Positions 14,557 through 28,028 of a stretch of DNA of 64,000 nucleotides are shown in pieces (position 1 is the first letter of the stretch; each line of letters opens with the position of its first letter). Both the position numbers and the translations under genes were made by a program. Under the pieces are notes generated by a model. That model made no database searches and was not told where the DNA came from. It saw only the letters and a program-made list of their open reading frames with translations. Source of the stretch: Tubiluchus corallicola (lineage: Eukaryota > Animalia > Priapulida); assembly GCA_030141605.1 (NCBI GenBank), contig JAQGDQ010000252.1, positions 261,482 through 325,481 of the forward strand, in the 5' to 3' direction.

Positions 14557-17268
14557 TTTGTATTTTACTATTAGCTAACCTGAAAAGCAAAATGACATAT
14601 TGAGAAAATAATAGGCTCTATTTAAACAAAAGGCTTAACAAGTGATAGGCTTTCTATGTATTATACATGTATACTCTGACACATCAACAACAGATTAGCA
14701 ATTTTGCAATTATAGCTGCACCAATAACTACGTGATCAGAATATGTGTAACGTGCTCAGTCCGCAAGATTCAAAAATTTAGGTAAGTGAAAATCCAATCT
14801 TGTAATATTTAGTTTACATCAGTCTCACGGAATTTCTGCCATAACCTGTTATTATTATTATTTTTATAGACAAGCCAATGCAATTCCATATTCATGACAT
14901 GGTGTCACAATAATGCGCAGTAAATATATATACATATCTATATATAGTTGTTTAATTTTTAAAGTCCTAAGATGTATTTTTGATGGTTTTTTGTTAAGAC
15001 TAAACCAACTGTGCAAGTTGAAGAAGACCAGTAAAAACATTAGAAGCACTGGTTTGGTAACATTATTATTATAATTGAGTGACAACGAATATACAGAAAA
15101 ATTTTCATAGATCAGTTTCATATCACATGAAATACATAGCTGCAGATTTAACAGCCTGGTAAATTGGTTTGATAAGTACTAAAATGATTTTCACTCAGAA
15201 TTTCACAAATTGTCAGATGTGATTATAAGCAGTGCAGGGCCGGCTCTAGGTAGTTTAACACCGTAGGCAAAAATATTTTTAGCACCACCTCCTCAACGCT
15301 TTTTCTCACGATCCCTACCACACTATACCCAAACTGAATTTTTTTTGTCTGTAATATAGTACAATGGCAACCTGTAGTAGAGTACTAATAAAGCTTGTGA
15401 CTTATTTTCATTGAATTTGAAATTTAATTTATGACCCCATTATACGGGACTTCAGGAGCAACTAAAATTTCTCAATTAATTGTTGCCACGCATTCCTCAT
15501 GCATTACAGTACATACTCTTGATTAGATTTTATTAGATTTAATTAGAGCTGCCAACAGACGACACTTTTCAGAGGACTACATTTTGATCAAGTCAGTAGT
15601 CATTCAAAATCATGCTTACAGCTGCAATTACTTACATAATTACATTCTTTACATAAAGTGTTACATGCTTTTTAACAATGTATTTATGGCTGGCATTTGA
15701 TTTCTATATGTCTTTGCAGTTAGTTCTATTCAGATAACAATAATTGTGATTCGGTGGCTTCTTGGCTTGTCAACTTTCCGTCATCACATTATGTCCACTA
15801 TATCTATTGTAGGCAATGGGCAGGTAGAATTCTTAAACAAAAGAAATCTACCCTAAAGGCAGGTCAACACAGTACTAATCCAGCAAAAAACATGGCACTG
15901 CTATGCCAGCATTATGTTTTTTGCTTGTCAACACCACTTCCAGTGCTAAGCAAGCCACAGAGAATGTGAATTTAAATATCTTCATTTGACATAATTACTT
16001 GTGGATCTGCTAAGTAATTTAGGAATACTAATCAGATTTAATCTCAACTTTATCTTTGTAATATTTTGATGACAACAAACTTTTGTTTGCTCAACTGTTA
16101 GGATGTTCAAATTTCTCCATTAAACTCAGCGAACTCTTAGAAATCACTCCAGAATAGTCTTCTGTTATTATTGCAACATTCTTTTCTGTGTTAACATTTG
16201 AAGAAGCATTTAAGCATGCCTGAAATACAAACATATTGGGTGAATTTATTTCTTTACAAATCATTTGATTTTTCCAGTAGTAGTTTATTATTTCATCAAT
16301 TTAAGTCGCAACTTATCACAACTGCAAGACAATACTGCTAAATTTTACAAGCCTAAATCTTCCTACATAAGCTTTTCATTGAGGAGAGGCTCCACAAATT
16401 TAGATGTCACCACAAGTTCTAGTTATGCCATTGGATGCATTCACCTCATTTGCATTTTACCTGTCACAAAAACAACACTGAAAACGACCCTGGCGGGGAA
16501 CGCAGCCCGAAAGTGACAGGATGTAGCAAATGCACTGCAAGTGCTGGCTGAAAAAAAAATCTGAGCAACAAACCTTAGATTTTTTTATGAAAAAACAAAA
16601 GAAAGGAAGGAAAAAATGATTGAAGGAAAGCAATCAGAGGAGGAATAATTTTAACAGTTTAGCTACTCATTAGCTTTTTAATTAAACAAATACAGAATGT
16701 AGAACTATAAGCAATAAACCTACAAAGTGTTTAATTTATGAGCCAAGCATTATTGATTTTTCTCCTGCAATATAACTGAAGGCTTTTACATGCCATGCTT
16801 TTGTGATTTTTGTTCGGCTGCACGCAACTGAAAGCTGAAATTACATAGCCAGCGCTACTGATTTTTGCTCCTGGAAAACAACTGAATGCTTTTTTATATT
16901 ATTTCTTATGTAAAACATTGTTTCTTCTAGCATTTCATTTAATGTTTTGCTGGAATGCTTTAGTGTCATTAAGCAAGGACTTACTGTACTTCATTAACGA
17001 TTTTTTGCTGTTCGATGTCTGCAGGTATTTTATGTTTCGTTTCCTATATTACACTCCTGACAACTTAGATTTCTTATAAGTTTAATTGTCATAGAGTTAT
17101 GTTGCTCTTGCAATAAAGGATCTGCTGCTATATTAACGGTTACTTAGCTCTGCTACTCTGTGTATACATTTTCGCACAAAAAACACCAAAAATTTGTTTC
17201 ATTTAGTTCCTTACTTTTCTTTTAGCTAACCATATTAGCAGCATATGGGATGCATGTATTCAATTAAG

Positions 17269-18101
17269 GGCGCTATTACACTTTCGCACCTCCTAGTTTT
17301 TTCTGGCCTATTGTTTGTTTTCACGCCTGCAGGCCCTGAACGCAGACCAACAGGGGTAATATGCACCATATTCCCATAATATTATTGGTTTTTAGGCCTT
17401 ACAATTCCAGGTTAAAGTCATACATTACTTACCGTACACGCAAGAAGCTCCACGTGAATAACTGTGTTTACACCACTAATGCGCAATCGCTCTCGCGCAG
17501 TGACGTATGTGGCCCTTAACCTGTATTTTTAGTTTCTTTGCATAATTTATGATTATTATGGTTGCAGCCACGGGAGTTTGTATCGTATTACAGTGTTCCC
17601 TCGCTACTTCAAAAATATTAATGTGAAATATTTATCGCGGTATCTTCGCTGTTTTGATGGCATCAGAATAGTGGTAGTGATGACGATAACGATAAAAATA
17701 ACACTGCAATAATGGTGGTGATAATGAGTATATATCATTAATTTTATTTATTACTGTAGTATTATTAGATTATAAAAGTAAAGGTTTTTTCTTTATTTCA
17801 TAAATGCGGTTAAGATAAAAGTGTGTCACGTGCCTTTTAAGCTAGGCCCTGATAATGCATAAACTAGTACGAAATTTGTCACGTGATTACACATAAACAT
17901 GATGGCGATACAAACTGTATAGTGTAGAACTGTGAATACAACGTAATTATTGGTAATTATACACTAAATATATGAGTAAATTACCACGAGATTAGCGGAA
18001 ACATTAACTGATGACGTGGGAATAATAGAATAATGACATACGAGCCTAGAAACGAGTAATAACCTAGAAAAAACTAGGAGGTGCAAAAGTGTAATAGCGC
18101 C
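17269..18101. mobile_element. Non-autonomous Mutator (MULE)-like MITE, 833 bp, 10-bp TSD
   Basis: ~34-bp TIR GGCGCTATTACACTTTCGCACCTCCTAGTTTTTTCT at both ends. TTCAATTAAG is duplicated at 17259-17268 and 18102-18111. The superfamily call is inferred from the 9-10 bp TSD. Confidence 0.88.
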
Positions 18102-18499
18102 TTCAATTAAGTCGAGGTACCTATAAGCCCAACTTTGGCATCTACGCCCAAGCCTGCCTAGTGATTAATATAATAATAATATAATATAAGTTATGACAAG
18201 TGAAGTAATACAGGTGTAGTTTAACCTTTGCCTAGGCGACTTTTAATAGTTTAAAATTGTTAAAAAACCATCAACTAGAAGAATAATTACTCGCCTTATA
18301 GTGGTGAATCCGTAATATAGTAAACTAGTCAATTTTTTTATAACAATCAAAACAATTCTCTAATCATAGCACAAGAACTTTATTCAAAAACCTAAATAGC
18401 CATTACTGAAATCTAAATTTGAATATGGGAAATCCGTTACAACATTTTTACTGATAAAGCTCATTTTTAAAAACAATAAAATACTCTGACTCTTAACCA

Positions 18500-18960
18500 T
18501 AGATATAGTTTATGCCTGTTAATATTATTCCGTGACGCATGATCAAGTTTTTCTACGCCTTTATTCTAAGAAGTTAGGCTGATTTTAATGTTTGCAAAAA
18601 GGCTAGAAGTATTTAGTATTAAAAGTGTGACAAGCGTCTTGTATAATTGCTAAAATCACTTTAAAGTCGTGATCATTTCACGTTTGGGTCATTCCCTTCT
18701 TCCAGTAATGAAATCGTTCATTGGCTGAACAAAGGAAGCTTATTGTCAATTTCCCACAGGAGTATGACGTTTTTGCAAAAAAAAAAATAGATAGCTAATT
18801 TTCGTTGTATTTTGCATGAACACTATTTAGGCAAGCTGCAAAAGTTTGAATAATTATTTTAAGCAGCATGCAATTACCGAAAACGATGTTGTCCCTACGA
18901 AAAATCATAAAGTATGCCAGTCAAGCCACAATTTCAAGTGAATGGCGGCAACTACCATGC
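18500..18960. promoter_or_regulatory. Putative promoter region between the divergent ZNF and dynein IC genes
   Basis: Lies between head-to-head genes. Contains ATTGG (reverse CCAAT, ~18720), a TGACGT CRE half-site (18766) and AATGGCGGC (YY1-like, ~18941). The TSS cannot be fixed from sequence. Confidence 0.35.
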
Positions 18961-20990
18961 CTGAAAGTTTCTACACAGCAGTAGTATAAATTAGCTTTAG
19001 GCTTTTTCACAACGTTGTTGCAAGTTACTTTGTTATACATTTCTAAATTTTGGTGATAGCTGTAAAATAAACCCAACATACTAAGCAGCTGCTCCATTCT
19101 AACAACTTATCTAATTTTAGGTTCTGTAGGAATTATAATATCCTAGCAATGGTATTTGGCTACCAGCAGCACATATACAGGGGCAAATTATAGGAAATCA
19201 ATTTATGCAGCCTTGCACGCCAGAATAGATGACTAACAGTTACTAAAAATCAAGTGATGAAATTTGAAAATGCTTTGCCAAATACAATAAGAATTTTATA
19301 ATTAAAGGATCAAAAAGCCAAATATACTGCTTGGGAAATTTCAAATTGGGTTTATTAGAACATTTAAATGCCTGCAAAAAAATCATAGACAGATTGGGCA
19401 ATAAGCATGTGATATTCACCTTGTGTACACGGTAAGATCACTTTAAAGTTGCAATCATTTCATCCTGGGCATGCTAATTTTGAATGCTCAGTTTTCAGTC
19501 AGTTATCGCATTCGCCAGATAAAGAAAGCAGGCTTGCAGTGTCAAAGGCATACACAAAAAAAACTGCTGTTTCTGTAATATTTCTTTGTGGACTTTAGAT
19601 AAAGCACAAAAGTTTAGTTTAAATGACGTGCAACCAAGAAAAGCCATAATATATTTAATTGCAAATGCCACGAAGTGAGCTATAAATTACTATAATTGTG
19701 TCACAATTTTGAGGCAGCTCCCACTTTTTAATACAGGTATTGTACAAATTAATGTTATGTTTTGTGATTTGTCTTTTACTTTAGTATGTGCTAATCATTG
19801 CATTGTAATACCAAACTGCGACAGTAAACTATGCATGACTGGCATATTTTATACATTTATTGGATGCTCAGTGCTTACTGCTTAGTGTTCAAAACTTTGT
19901 CGTGATAGTCAATAAAATAACTTAACCTGTGCAGCAGCAGGTGTGGTCGTTCCTTTATGGTTCTTTTTCAACGTAAATTGTTTGCGGTTTTACATGCTAT
20001 CGATTTTCCTTACAGAAAATGTAATTTTTATAATAATTGTCTACCGATGTTTGGTTTGAATAAACTGGTTTACATATAAGTCGACAGGTAAAATTGTACT
20101 AACATAGTCTGTGAGTTGTTACAAACTGAACAGAGGGCGTTGAGCAGTGACGTTTAGCAATATGATTATGAATGAGACTAAATAGTTGTTAGAAGATTTT
20201 TAGAGTTGGGGAATGATGAAGGATTAAAGTGTTGGCACTCACTTACAATTAACAAACAGCGAGATTTATGTCCTTTGTGTTGCTGTTGTTGCCACTCGAA
20301 AGTTAAGACAGCAATTTTTTATTTAGTCATACCCAACCCGCCGGCCCACCAAGAAAAAGTAATAGTACTACTGATAATTTCTATCATCATTTGGTATAGG
20401 CTTATTGCTTCTGGTAGTTTCTTTCTTGAAGTGCTTAGATAAGATATATACACATCTGAACGTCATAGCTACACACTGCTGTTGGGTTGGTGTCATCTCA
20501 GAAGATTATTTTTGGAAATAAGTTAAGTTCTCTTCCCTCTCCGCCTGACTGCTGGATTCCCGGCTTTCAGAATACCAAATTGTTTAAAACAAACTGCTAA
20601 AAGTTCAGTCAATAGAGTTAGATGGCTAATTCACAGCTGAATGCATGCAAAGCCTTGATCTGGGGTCCTAAATTCTGTTCTTTGTGTCCTTTCTAGAGTC
20701 AGTTAGTGTAGTGTTTTTCACCAGTTTCATCCTCTTTAAGGGGGGGAGGGTTATTGTATGACGCAACAAAGCCGAACATGAGATCAGATAAGCCTAAAAA
20801 TTATAATGACTAATTTGAGTTTTACTTGCTGACAAAAAATAATAACTTTACTATGTCTTACAGAGTTTTCTTATGATTCTTAGTGCTAACAAGTCAAAAG
20901 TGAAATTTATTTTTAGCCTGGCTGTTTGGGTGACTCGTATGCTGTTTATTGCATTTGTCATCAACTCATATTATTGAATTTATAATCATC

Positions 20991-23900
20991 ATGTCACTAA
21001 GCCGCAAAGAAGAGGTGGAAAGGAAGAAGGCAAAGTTGGAGGCAATGAGGAGAGCAAAACAACAGCAACAAAAAAAGGTATGACAAAGAATGCTTCAGTA
21101 AGTTAAGTTATCTGTGTACTCACACATTAGTTGTCCAGTTCGTATTTGCATTTTATGTGTTAAAGGCAAAGTGTGGAAGAGGCTGTTATGTAGAATGCCT
21201 CAAGGCCTTTTTTGGTGCAGCAAACAAATCAGGTAAAGTGTCTAAAATAATTTCTTCTACACTTTTCCTAGACATTACATGTTACAAAAAGTTTTATTAG
21301 GTTAAAACTTGTAGACCTAATGATTTTGCTTTGGATATACTGTTCCTAGGCATTTTATAGAATGTTGAATAAATTTTAGGTAATGTGAAAGTAAAACAAT
21401 TAATCAATTATTTTCATGCAATTTTCATAGGGATTTTATATAAGGCCAATTTTGTTCTAGAGAATTGTCGAAACAAGTCGTGTTTTACGTACTTGAAATC
21501 TGTGCGTTACAGGCGGTAACTAGCATTTCAAGCAAATGTTCAAGTTGCATGATTGTTTATTCACAGCTGCTGTCTACTGTAGATGTTGTGTTCTTGGATC
21601 CATTACAAAACTTCGGGATCCGTAAAGCTTGATCATGTTGTTGACACATTTGTCTTTGAAAGCTATCATAGGACACAGTTTTAAAAACTAGTAGGCTTGA
21701 GTTTTTGCATGTAGATGCTACGGTTCATTGCACAAACCGTAACGGAGCCTGATTTCTCTTTAAATGGATCACACTAATTAAATAAGTCTGGCCTATAAGT
21801 CGTTCCATGGTTGGTTTTCTTTCATTCTAATGTATTAATGGATCTGCCCGGAATATGCAATTCTTATATTTTGATGAAATAAGTAACCATGACAACAGTA
21901 AACACTTTATATGATTTTCTTATGGAAACCATTAACTGAAAAAGAAGAACATGTCAGAGCAAAACACATTAGTACTTCCTTTCTGGTTGCATTTCATATA
22001 GGATGGATGCAGAAGACCTTAACTACTCTATGCTTAAAAGGAAAGAATGATTTTACATTGATTTAGGAAAGGGCACGGAAATAAAACAATGAACAAGCTT
22101 TTCTAAGTAACGAAAAATACCAGCATTTGATTAATCGTGTAAACGATTTTAATATCATGACGAAAAAGTATGCTTCTCCTTATTGCCTATGGTGTATGAT
22201 GTTGGTTGCTCCAACAGCTAAGCAATAATATAACACCCTGAATAAGAAGGAAATGCTACTAGAATGTGAATTGCTTGACATACTTTGTGATACACGTATA
22301 CGCATATGTCAATTGTACAATCCCATAATTATTCTAAATTCGATTACTATGTCATTTACTTGTTGCCACTGTGTTTATAAGAGCTTTTTAGAATTCCGAT
22401 AAAATGATTAACTCGCCTGTTTTCTTGAACTCCTTGCTTAATTTAATACATTGACTAAGCTGTTTTATGCATTCTATACAGTGCTTATTGTGTGAAAAGC
22501 CAAATAAGAGTCGGATTTATCACGAATTATGTTCATTTTATGCTTTGCCAAAGCTAATTTTGCATTCTGTATAGGTCCTAGCTATGGCTATTGTACAAAA
22601 TGTGTAGGTAAAACGTGGAAAACCGTCTTGGTAATGCAGCAGCAAAAACACTTATTTCACACTTTTTCTGAAATGTAATAGGTGTTATATGAAATGTCTA
22701 GGAATTCTATACAATGTCTAAATGTTACACATTGCCTGTAATCTGTGTACACCAGAGACTTTCTAATAGTAGACATTGATTGGATACAAAATCGTCAGAA
22801 GGTTTAGCAGAGTTTCACAAAACTTGAAAATTGCACACATCAGACTTCGAACACTTTTTTCGATGCCAGCTTTTAGCCAACTTATAATTAATACTAACTT
22901 TGATTTAAATTTTGATCATAGTAATTTTGACTTCATCAGTGACTGAGTGACCCTAGACGCATTTCAGTTTTTTGTTGATCGTCTTTTGTTAATCGGCTTT
23001 TTCTGTTTAAATGTCAAATCTGCTTCTTGCCATCTTGCAGCCCGAAGAGTCGACACTGGCAAGCGCTTTGCAAGAAAAGGGTGATATTCGATCAGAAACG
23101 GAGGAATTGTTAAAATCGTTAGGTGTTCCTCTGCATGAAGGTAAGTTATTTAAATTGTGTCGAGCTTAAGTCTTATGGTCAGTTGAGTGATTTAAAGTCT
23201 TCTCTCTTCTTCTTCCTCTTCAGCTCTGTTGAATGCTTCACTATGTGTATGAGTTTGATGCTGTACTTAGTTGATTATTAAGTCATTTTGGATAAAAATG
23301 TTGCAGCGGAAGCCTTATAAGCCTTTCTGGAGGGCTCTGTCAGCTCTTCGATTTCAGCATATTCTATTAATGGTGCATTGTGAGCAGTTTGAATAACTAA
23401 TAAAGAAAAATTTTCTGTTATACCTTTATTGCTATTTTGTTTGAGTATGTGATGTCTTGCTAGTGATTGTAAAAATTGTAAAAAAGTATTTAAAAAACAG
23501 AAGTTTCATTTACATTTGAGCAAGATAACATAAACATAATGCACCATTTCTGAATTTAGCAAATTCATTTTCATAATTAGGTGTGACTTCAAAGCAAGAT
23601 GTTTTGTCAGCTGGAACCGCAGCAAGTGAGAGTAGTCAGGTATCATCTACGGCGGCAAGCATGACGAGTGAATCCGGTGATGTCACACAACTATCGGCAA
23701 CAGCAAGGTAGGTTGACTGTCGTGTATCTTATTTTTGGTGCTAGAGGGACACTGGTTACATTTTTTGTGCTGTTTCGATTAAAACAGAAGAAAACGCAGT
23801 TTAACGTATATCCGAGAAAACTTTGCTTAGCTAGTTATTTCCAAACTCTACACAATATTATCTTAAACTTATTTCAAACGAGTTACCATTAAAATGGCTG

Positions 23901-26900
23901 TGCTAATGGTCATCGCGGCAGTTTAAATTTTTCAAGCTTTGTACACCTTTGTACAGCACAAGTTAATACAAGCTCCATGCGCAATAAGACAATATATAGC
24001 ATGTATATAATACAAAATTTCCAGACAATTTTTTCAGCTTTATGTTTCTTGTCCTTTAATTGGATGGGTAATCAATGCGATAATTGATTATAATCAGTTT
24101 TCAGGCTGTCACAAAAAAGCAGGTGAGCATCTAAGTGGCAATTCTAGTGTGCTAAGTTACTACATAAAGTTACTTTGGTAAAAAAGTTACTTTGTTTTAC
24201 CACAATGACAGCTATATTTCTTCTAAGATCTTTGTGAATTTTCTAAAAAATGAGGTGAAAATGGCATTGGTACAATAGATTTCCATTGGCAGCTGTCAGA
24301 ACGAAATAATTGATGATCGGAAATAAAACCCAATTCCTAATCCTGGGAGATGTATTACTTTTGTGTAAACTAACTTGGTACTTGTAACATTTTGCAGTTA
24401 TGTGATGTTTCTTTGTGAAAAACAGCGTTTGCATCGTTACTCGTTACATGTTACTTTTCCGTTCAGTAAGCATTGTGTGTGTGCAATACTGCTGAACATT
24501 TATTTTTCCAATTTAGTGAATTTAATTTATATGCAGTTATTCAGAAGTTACTGAAAAAAGGTAACATGTTATCAGTAACTGCATTTACTATCAATTAACT
24601 GTTACAGTACTGCATACGTCTGCTAACTCTACAGCAGACTCTAGTTTCCTAAGTTTCTAGACTCAAGTTCCTTGCCCAATAGACTTTCATTGAAAAACCT
24701 GGTTGGGGTCACACGATTGATTAGGTTAGAGTTAAACTAATCAATAGTTACTTGTTATTTTTAGCCCTGCTCATAGGCCGAGGCTAGGCCTTTCTAAGGT
24801 GACACAAACTAACATTCCGCCAAGAGAACAAGTGACATACTGCAAACAGACACAGACACCAGGGGAACAAATTGATAAACCATCAGGTCAGTATCTCTTC
24901 GCCCATATTCAGTACATAAACTGTTGTTTACTTACATAGTAGAACTAATGAATAACCGACTTTTGATCACTTGTTTTTTCTTTCTGCTGAGAGAGAGATT
25001 GGTGAACTAGTCGTAACCAGCTTTGTGCAGTTTTTTTATGTTTTCCTGGACTAGGCTCTATGTTAATTTTGTAGTGGCTGGTTAGGAGGCAAGGAGTAGC
25101 ATGTAGGAAAGTTTAATTACTGAATGATGATAGCAGCTGATACAAAGACAACTTTTACTTACGTATTAGTAATTAAGTGAATATGGACATAATAGGGCTC
25201 CTGTTTGGTATTTTTTGATAGGCTGCTTAATTTTGAATATGTTGCTGGGCACGCTGGTAGCTATAGACTTTTGTTATAACAAAAGTTTTCAAAAAATATA
25301 TGACTGCAATGACATGGCCCTGAAACTGTGTTTTATTCTGAATTTTATAATGTAGTCAAATTATCACAAAAAACTCCATAACTTAGCCCAGTTCTTTGAA
25401 GCCACACAAAAACATAATATTGAAATTGCAATAAACTTCAGATGCGAAAGGTTCAAATTAAAACAACATTCCTTTGTCATTTCTTTCTTTCTTACCAAAG
25501 GAAGCTCATTGGATTACTACGGTGAGTTGAGATATATAACGTCACCTGATGTGTGACTTCATGCACCGAATCCTGTATTGTAATCGCCGTAGATGTATTA
25601 CAGAGCTTTGCCTATTATGTCTTACTTTGCAGTTTTTTGTTGCACTTTGTTTGAGTCATATTTTCTTTCACTCTGCATGGCCACATCACTAGTAATTTCT
25701 TTATCAGTTTTAAAACCAACTAGAAATCTGTCAGTAGGACAATTGTATTAGAAAAATAAGAACTGTAAGCAAAAGCATTTTTGATGCTATAGTTTTTATA
25801 TTTTTATCATCAAATGTTTTAAATGATTGATTTCTTTACATCTGTCTGTGATTGTACTATGTAAATTTTTGGACATGCAACTGATATATTTATGTGTGAG
25901 CAACTTTTAGCACAGTTTTCTGTAAAAACCTTTAGATCATCCAGTCAGTCAATTGTTTGTCAACTTTTGAAAAGCAATACATTGTAGAATGAAGCATGCG
26001 AATTTCATAGAAAAGTCAAATAAAGTGAAATCCAAGGTAAAAGTTGATGTCAAACTCACATAAAATTATACCATTTTATGATCTTATAATTATTACTGAG
26101 AAGGTCATTTCATTTTTATAAGAATCTTCTGTAGAAGGATTCACATACCACTTTTATGTAATTATAAATGACTTATCTAAGCAAAGAATGACATTTTTTC
26201 TGCTTGGTCATTTATAGTAATTGATCTTTTCTTTAGTATTATTTTTATAGTGTTTAAATAGTTTTTAGTTTCATTTAATAACTTTGTGAGAACTTTTAAA
26301 GGAAAAGCCAAGGCTTTTGTGAAGTTGAGCTTATTTTAATATTTGAGAAAAGTGTTAGAAAGTTTCAGCAGTAAAATTGTGATAAATGCCTCGTAATGCC
26401 TGATTAGTAAAGTCACTTGAAAGTCACGATCATTTCATGCTTGGCGCATTCGTTTTAAAAGAAAAGTGACGTCATGCGGTTACTGTGCACCTATCCTGCG
26501 AGTTTAAATTTTTACTGTTACAAATTACTATTATCAACTATCCAAAATGTTAAACAAGAGATTATTAATACTATTTTTTTTGCTTGCCCACTGTGTAATG
26601 AAAAGCACACCCAGTGTGTAATGAAAAGAACTGCATGCTTGTCTGAAACTCAATAAACATCTGTAATTTGATTAAGTATATTTTTATCACTCATGCATTT
26701 TGAGGTGTAATCCTATGGATTAAAGTTATATTAGCACTTTAAAGTTGTTGCTGATTGTTCAGTGACCAAGTTTTTACTTAAATATAGTTAAGCACAAAGA
26801 TTTAGTCAGCTAGAATAGCAGAATTTCTGACTGAACTGTGCAAGTTTTGCTACACATGCCTTTATGCTGTCCACCAGCTTACATCTTTTATTTCAAATAT

Positions 26901-27959
26901 GTCTGCTGGGAGGTTCATTTGGCGGGATGTAAGAATTATTTAAATTTCTTTTGCTTTTTAAGGTAATTTCAATATTTTTATTGTATATTAAAATCAAATG
27001 AACGTTGTTGAGCGCCTTTTCCTTTAACCATTTGAAATTTTATTATGCTGCTTGTTTCAAACCGTGATTGTTAAAGTGACGAGTAGTTTTTATAGAATGT
27101 GACGTTTGTGACTTTTGAGAACTGTATGCTGACAGTATGTAGTGAATTTCACCAGAAGCATTTTTTGCACTTTTGATATCACAGAAAACCTCAAAAATGT
27201 GCACGTTCACTTTTATTTGTGTGTATGAACTTCCTTTGTCAAAGGCGCGATTGATTTTTGGATAGATGAAAATCTGAGCTCCGTTGTTCTATAAGCATGT
27301 AGTGGAGCACACATTTTCCATTGTCATGTCTTTATTTTTAACTTGTCAAGTCATTGTACAAATCAGGCTGTGGCAAGTTAGTTACTCCAACAGTAAACAT
27401 GACAATTTAATATCTCATAAATTTCGTCTGAGTTCTGCCATGACAGACAACTATTTAGATAACTTGCAGTTTTTTCATTTGCCAAGGATTACCTTTGCCT
27501 GTTTCTCTTGTCCTTGTTCCTGCTTTTTTCACTTCCCTCTCGTTTTCTCTTTCATTTTCCTTTTGCTTCTCTGTCTCTTGCCACCTTCATTGCTTGTCTT
27601 GCCATCTTTTCTCTCTTGGTCATACTCTCTCTTTTCCTTTTGTTTTTTCTTTCATCTTTTTCTACTTTTTGTGTTTCTCTTCCTTTTTTGTCTTCAGTCT
27701 TTGTCTTCAGTCTTTTTGTCTTCCTTTTGTACCTTTACTTTCTTTCTCTCTCATTTTCTCTTTCTCACCTTCACCTTTTCTATTTTTGTTCTCACCTCTT
27801 TGTTCATTTTTTCTTCTCTCCTTTTCTCTCTAATCTCTCCCTCTCTCTTCCCTCTTTTTCTATCTGTCTGTCTATCTGTCTCTTCGTTTGTCTGTCTATC
27901 TTTCTGTCTGTCTGCCTGCCTGCCTGCCTGCCTATGTATGTATGTATCTGTCTGTCTGA

Positions 27960-28028
<69 letters not shown>

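Noticed and set aside
15700-16220. Coding-like segment behind a minus-strand acceptor upstream of the ZNF ATG
   Set aside because: Stops occur in all frames and there is no recognisable homology. At most it is UTR or decayed TE.
21883-21896. Perfect RFX X-box GTAACCATGACAAC in a dynein IC intron
   Set aside because: The consensus is degenerate enough that roughly one chance hit is expected in 64 kb of this composition.
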